Assembly (NCBI GenBank): GCA_951804945.1
Contig: OX638150.1
Span: forward strand, 44,702,001 to 44,766,000
Length of the DNA stretch: 64,000 nucleotides
Direction of reading: 5' to 3'
DNA from: Podarcis cretensis
Taxonomy: Eukaryota
Of the stretch, positions 61,261 through 64,000 are shown piece by piece; position 1 is the stretch's first letter, and each line of letters begins with the position of its first letter. A model generated the notes under the pieces. The model worked only from the letters and a program-made list of their open reading frames with translations, was not told where the DNA came from and made no database searches. The position numbers and the translations under genes are program-made.

Positions 61261-62499
61261 CCTAGCTGTTGGACACAGGGCTCCAGTACTGGGCTATATA
61301 AATCATTTGTGGATGTGAGATAGGGGAATTAAATTATGTGTTGCCTCTGTGCGCAAGTATGAATATGACCTGTGCTCACTAGGTGGTCTTACACAAGCCG
61401 TTATTTCTTAGCTTGTCTCTCCCTTCCCATTTGCAGAATGGGGGATAATGACACTGATATTTTCTTTAATGGATTACAGCTACTGTATTTCCATACAGCA
61501 GTTTATTGTGGACTCAGTGCTGCCCATCCATGCAAATGTCTCTCTTTTTTGGTGCAGTCCACACAACAACCTCATCAAAATGCCATCCAATATCTGCCCC
61601 CCCCCCCATTAAACCACATTTACCATTTCTGTGGGATTTTATTTACTTACTGGATTTGCTGCATAAACTGTAAATCCAGTTTAAATGGGGAAATAATGCA
61701 GGATGGCATTTATATGAGGACCTTTGACAATTTGTATTTATTAAGTTTATATCCATCCATTCCTCCCAAAGGAGACTAGGGTGGCAAACACCAAAGTAAT
61801 GGAACAGCTGATTAAAAAAAAAAAGAAACTGTAAAAAAATATCCACGCATGAGCAGCCCCAGACCACAGTAAACCATGCTGTGGAAGCACCTTAACTGCA
61901 TGTGAAGCACGTTGAAGACGTGAAATCCCAATGCAAGTGTCAAGTATTTGTGTTGTAGCAAGCTCACAACTTATGCACATTCAACTTGTGCGCGTTCAGT
62001 TTTACACATGGGGGAGGATACGAAAAAATAAAGTAGGTAGGGATCTGGGGGAAAATGACTTTGGCAATCCCACCTGCCATTGAACTCAATGTTGTTGTTT
62101 TGACTATACACGATTTTGGCTTTAGAAGAAATCCCCGAGACGTAACCCCCACATAAGTTGTGGGCTTACTGTACTGTTCCAAATGCACTGGAAACCAACC
62201 AATGGGAACACCCTGCTGTACGCCCGGCTGTATATAGTGCACGTTCATAGGCAGATCCTGCCTCAGAAGGCCCAGACTGGCCGGACTATTTCCTTGTCCT
62301 CTGGCTCTGTCCATCATGGTGTGGGAAAGCCCTGTCACTACACACGCCTCTTGTTCTCGTTTTTGCATTGACATTTCTGTAAATTGGGGGGGAGGATATA
62401 AAAGTTCGTTTTGATTCTTAGCAAAGGAAACCCTAACCTCACTCCTGCTCCTCCTTGATGTATGTATAGACTGCAAGCGCACCTTCCTCCCCGTTTCCC

Positions 62500-63350
62500 G
62501 ATACGAGTCAATGCGGTCTCCAAGTCATGTCATCTTCCCCTTATGTTTATGTACACACAAAACATTGGCGGTGAGGAGGAGGGAGTCGGGGACGCGCCCG
62601 CAGATTTCCCCCCTTAGGGGAAGTCTTTTGCCCAGGAGCGCGCGGCCTTACTCTCCGGTGCGAGAGGCACTCTGCACGTGCACGTCGGAATTGCTCGCGG
62701 GCTCCGGGGTTCCGCTCTGAAAAGCTTGTTCTGAAAGCTCGGCCAGTCGCAAGGCAAGGGTGTGTTTGTGTGTGTTGACTCTTAGCAGCCAGGCAACGTG
62801 GTTAGGGTCGTTTCGGCGCTGGGGGGCGACACTGGAGGGGGCTCTGCTCCGCGCTGGATCCGCGACTAGGACCGGGGAGGAGAAGGGAACAGCCCGCTTT
62901 GCCGCCCCTCCTTCCGGCCGTATTGTTAACCCCGGAGTGCCCGACCCCAAGGGACGTGGAGCCTGAGCGGATGAGGGGACAAGGCAGCTCCCTGACTCGG
63001 CACTTTCTGTGCTGCTGACTTGGGGCTTTCGGGGATCCCTGCCGCCGCTCCCCGGCGAATGCGTCGGAACTGGCTCTGCCCCCGCAAAAGGGCAGCGGGT
63101 TCAGCCGGGCTGCGTGCGCGCGCCTCGCCCTGCCCTCTCCCCTCCAGGATGTGAGCAGGGTTCCAGGAATGAGGTTGAACCCGTTGGGCCGGTCCCCGCC
63201 TGGAGGCCCCGGAACCTCATTCCCTGGCGCTGAGCAGGCCGGACCCGGGAGCCACAACCTCTTCCCAACGCGCTGGCCCGCTGCCAGACCCAGCGGCTCC
63301 TTGTGCCGGGCTTCCTTAGGTGGGAAAGATGGGCAGCTGCAGGCAGGGAA
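62500..63350. promoter_or_regulatory. Orphan CpG island / probable enhancer or promoter
   Basis: CpG-dense with no credible CDS; CACGTG 62675, TGACTCGGCA 62993, TTCCAGGAA 63161, inverted kB-like pair 62602-62626. Confidence 0.6.
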
Positions 63351-63374
63351 CTTTGAAGGGGCTGGTGTGTGCCA

Positions 63375-63377
<3 letters not shown>

Positions 63378-63406
<29 letters not shown>
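63378..63406. repeat. (CA)n microsatellite
   Basis: Read directly from the sequence. Confidence 0.95.
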
Positions 63407-63411
<5 letters not shown>

Positions 63412-64000
63412 CTAATTGACCAAACAGCTCGTTAATGCATCATGATAACTTGGCTTGTTGAAGCTTCTGGGGTCTCGCCCGTTTCTTCAGGAACTCTGTG
63501 CTTTACCTTCTTATTTTGCCATCACCACGCTCCCACTTTACAGGAGGAGAAACTGAGGCTGAGAAATCATGACTCACGCAAGGCTCCATCACGCTTTGCG
63601 CCGCGCAGCAAACCCCTTGTTTGACGTGGGGCCTAGTTCTCAAGAACAGATGAGATGTAAACCTGTTTCCAGATAGTACTCTTCAGATTTCAAAAAGGGG
63701 CTCACATAATGGAATGCTCACACGCTACTAAGTGTTGAAAGCTAGTGTGTTGGCAAGATCCCTTCCTTTCTCTGTACAGGCAGTTTGGTGTGTGTAGGTG
63801 TAATGCAGTCATGTGACATGGCACCATCCTGACACCAGTTTACTATCTCATCTGCTGTGAGAAGTAGGGAGCCACAGTCAGCTTCACTTCCCTGGCAATG
63901 GTACCCCTATAATATATGCGTTTGCATACAAAGCTTGTTGCAAACATGCCTTGTATTTTTCAAACAAACAAACAAACAAAGTATTTTATTTGTGTTGTTG

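Noticed and set aside
62802-63404. 200-aa ORF and other ORFs over the CpG island, and 51132..51740
   Set aside because: GC-rich, stop-poor sequence with microsatellite-derived starts; no domain or splice structure.

Overview
Eukaryotic genomic DNA from a squamate reptile, most likely a lacertid lizard, judged from the Sauria-type SINEs with (ACCTTT)n tails, BovB and Squam3-like SINEs. The window holds two complete, convergent, intron-containing genes, both reconstructed by hand from GT-AG sites and codon phase. BEST2 (bestrophin-2, + strand) has 9 coding exons over 12722-21680 and encodes 571 aa. HOOK2 (- strand) has 23 coding exons over 45257-25149 and encodes 725 aa, including a 6-nt GCCATT microexon at 28259-28264. 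HOOK2 starts in a CpG island with adjacent C/EBP and CRE palindromes. The remaining ~18 kb upstream of HOOK2 has no credible CDS but carries several transcription-factor motif clusters and an orphan CpG island (62.5-63.4 kb); by mammalian synteny (BEST2-HOOK2-JUNB) these could be distal JUNB enhancers. The rest is transposon-rich. The best leads are the HOOK2 microexon, cryptic or poison exon candidates in HOOK2 intron 8, and a short tRNA-Lys(CTT)+CR1-tail SINE present twice. I found no evidence for a wholly new multi-gene system; nearly all ORFs in the supplied track are spurious or antisense shadows.
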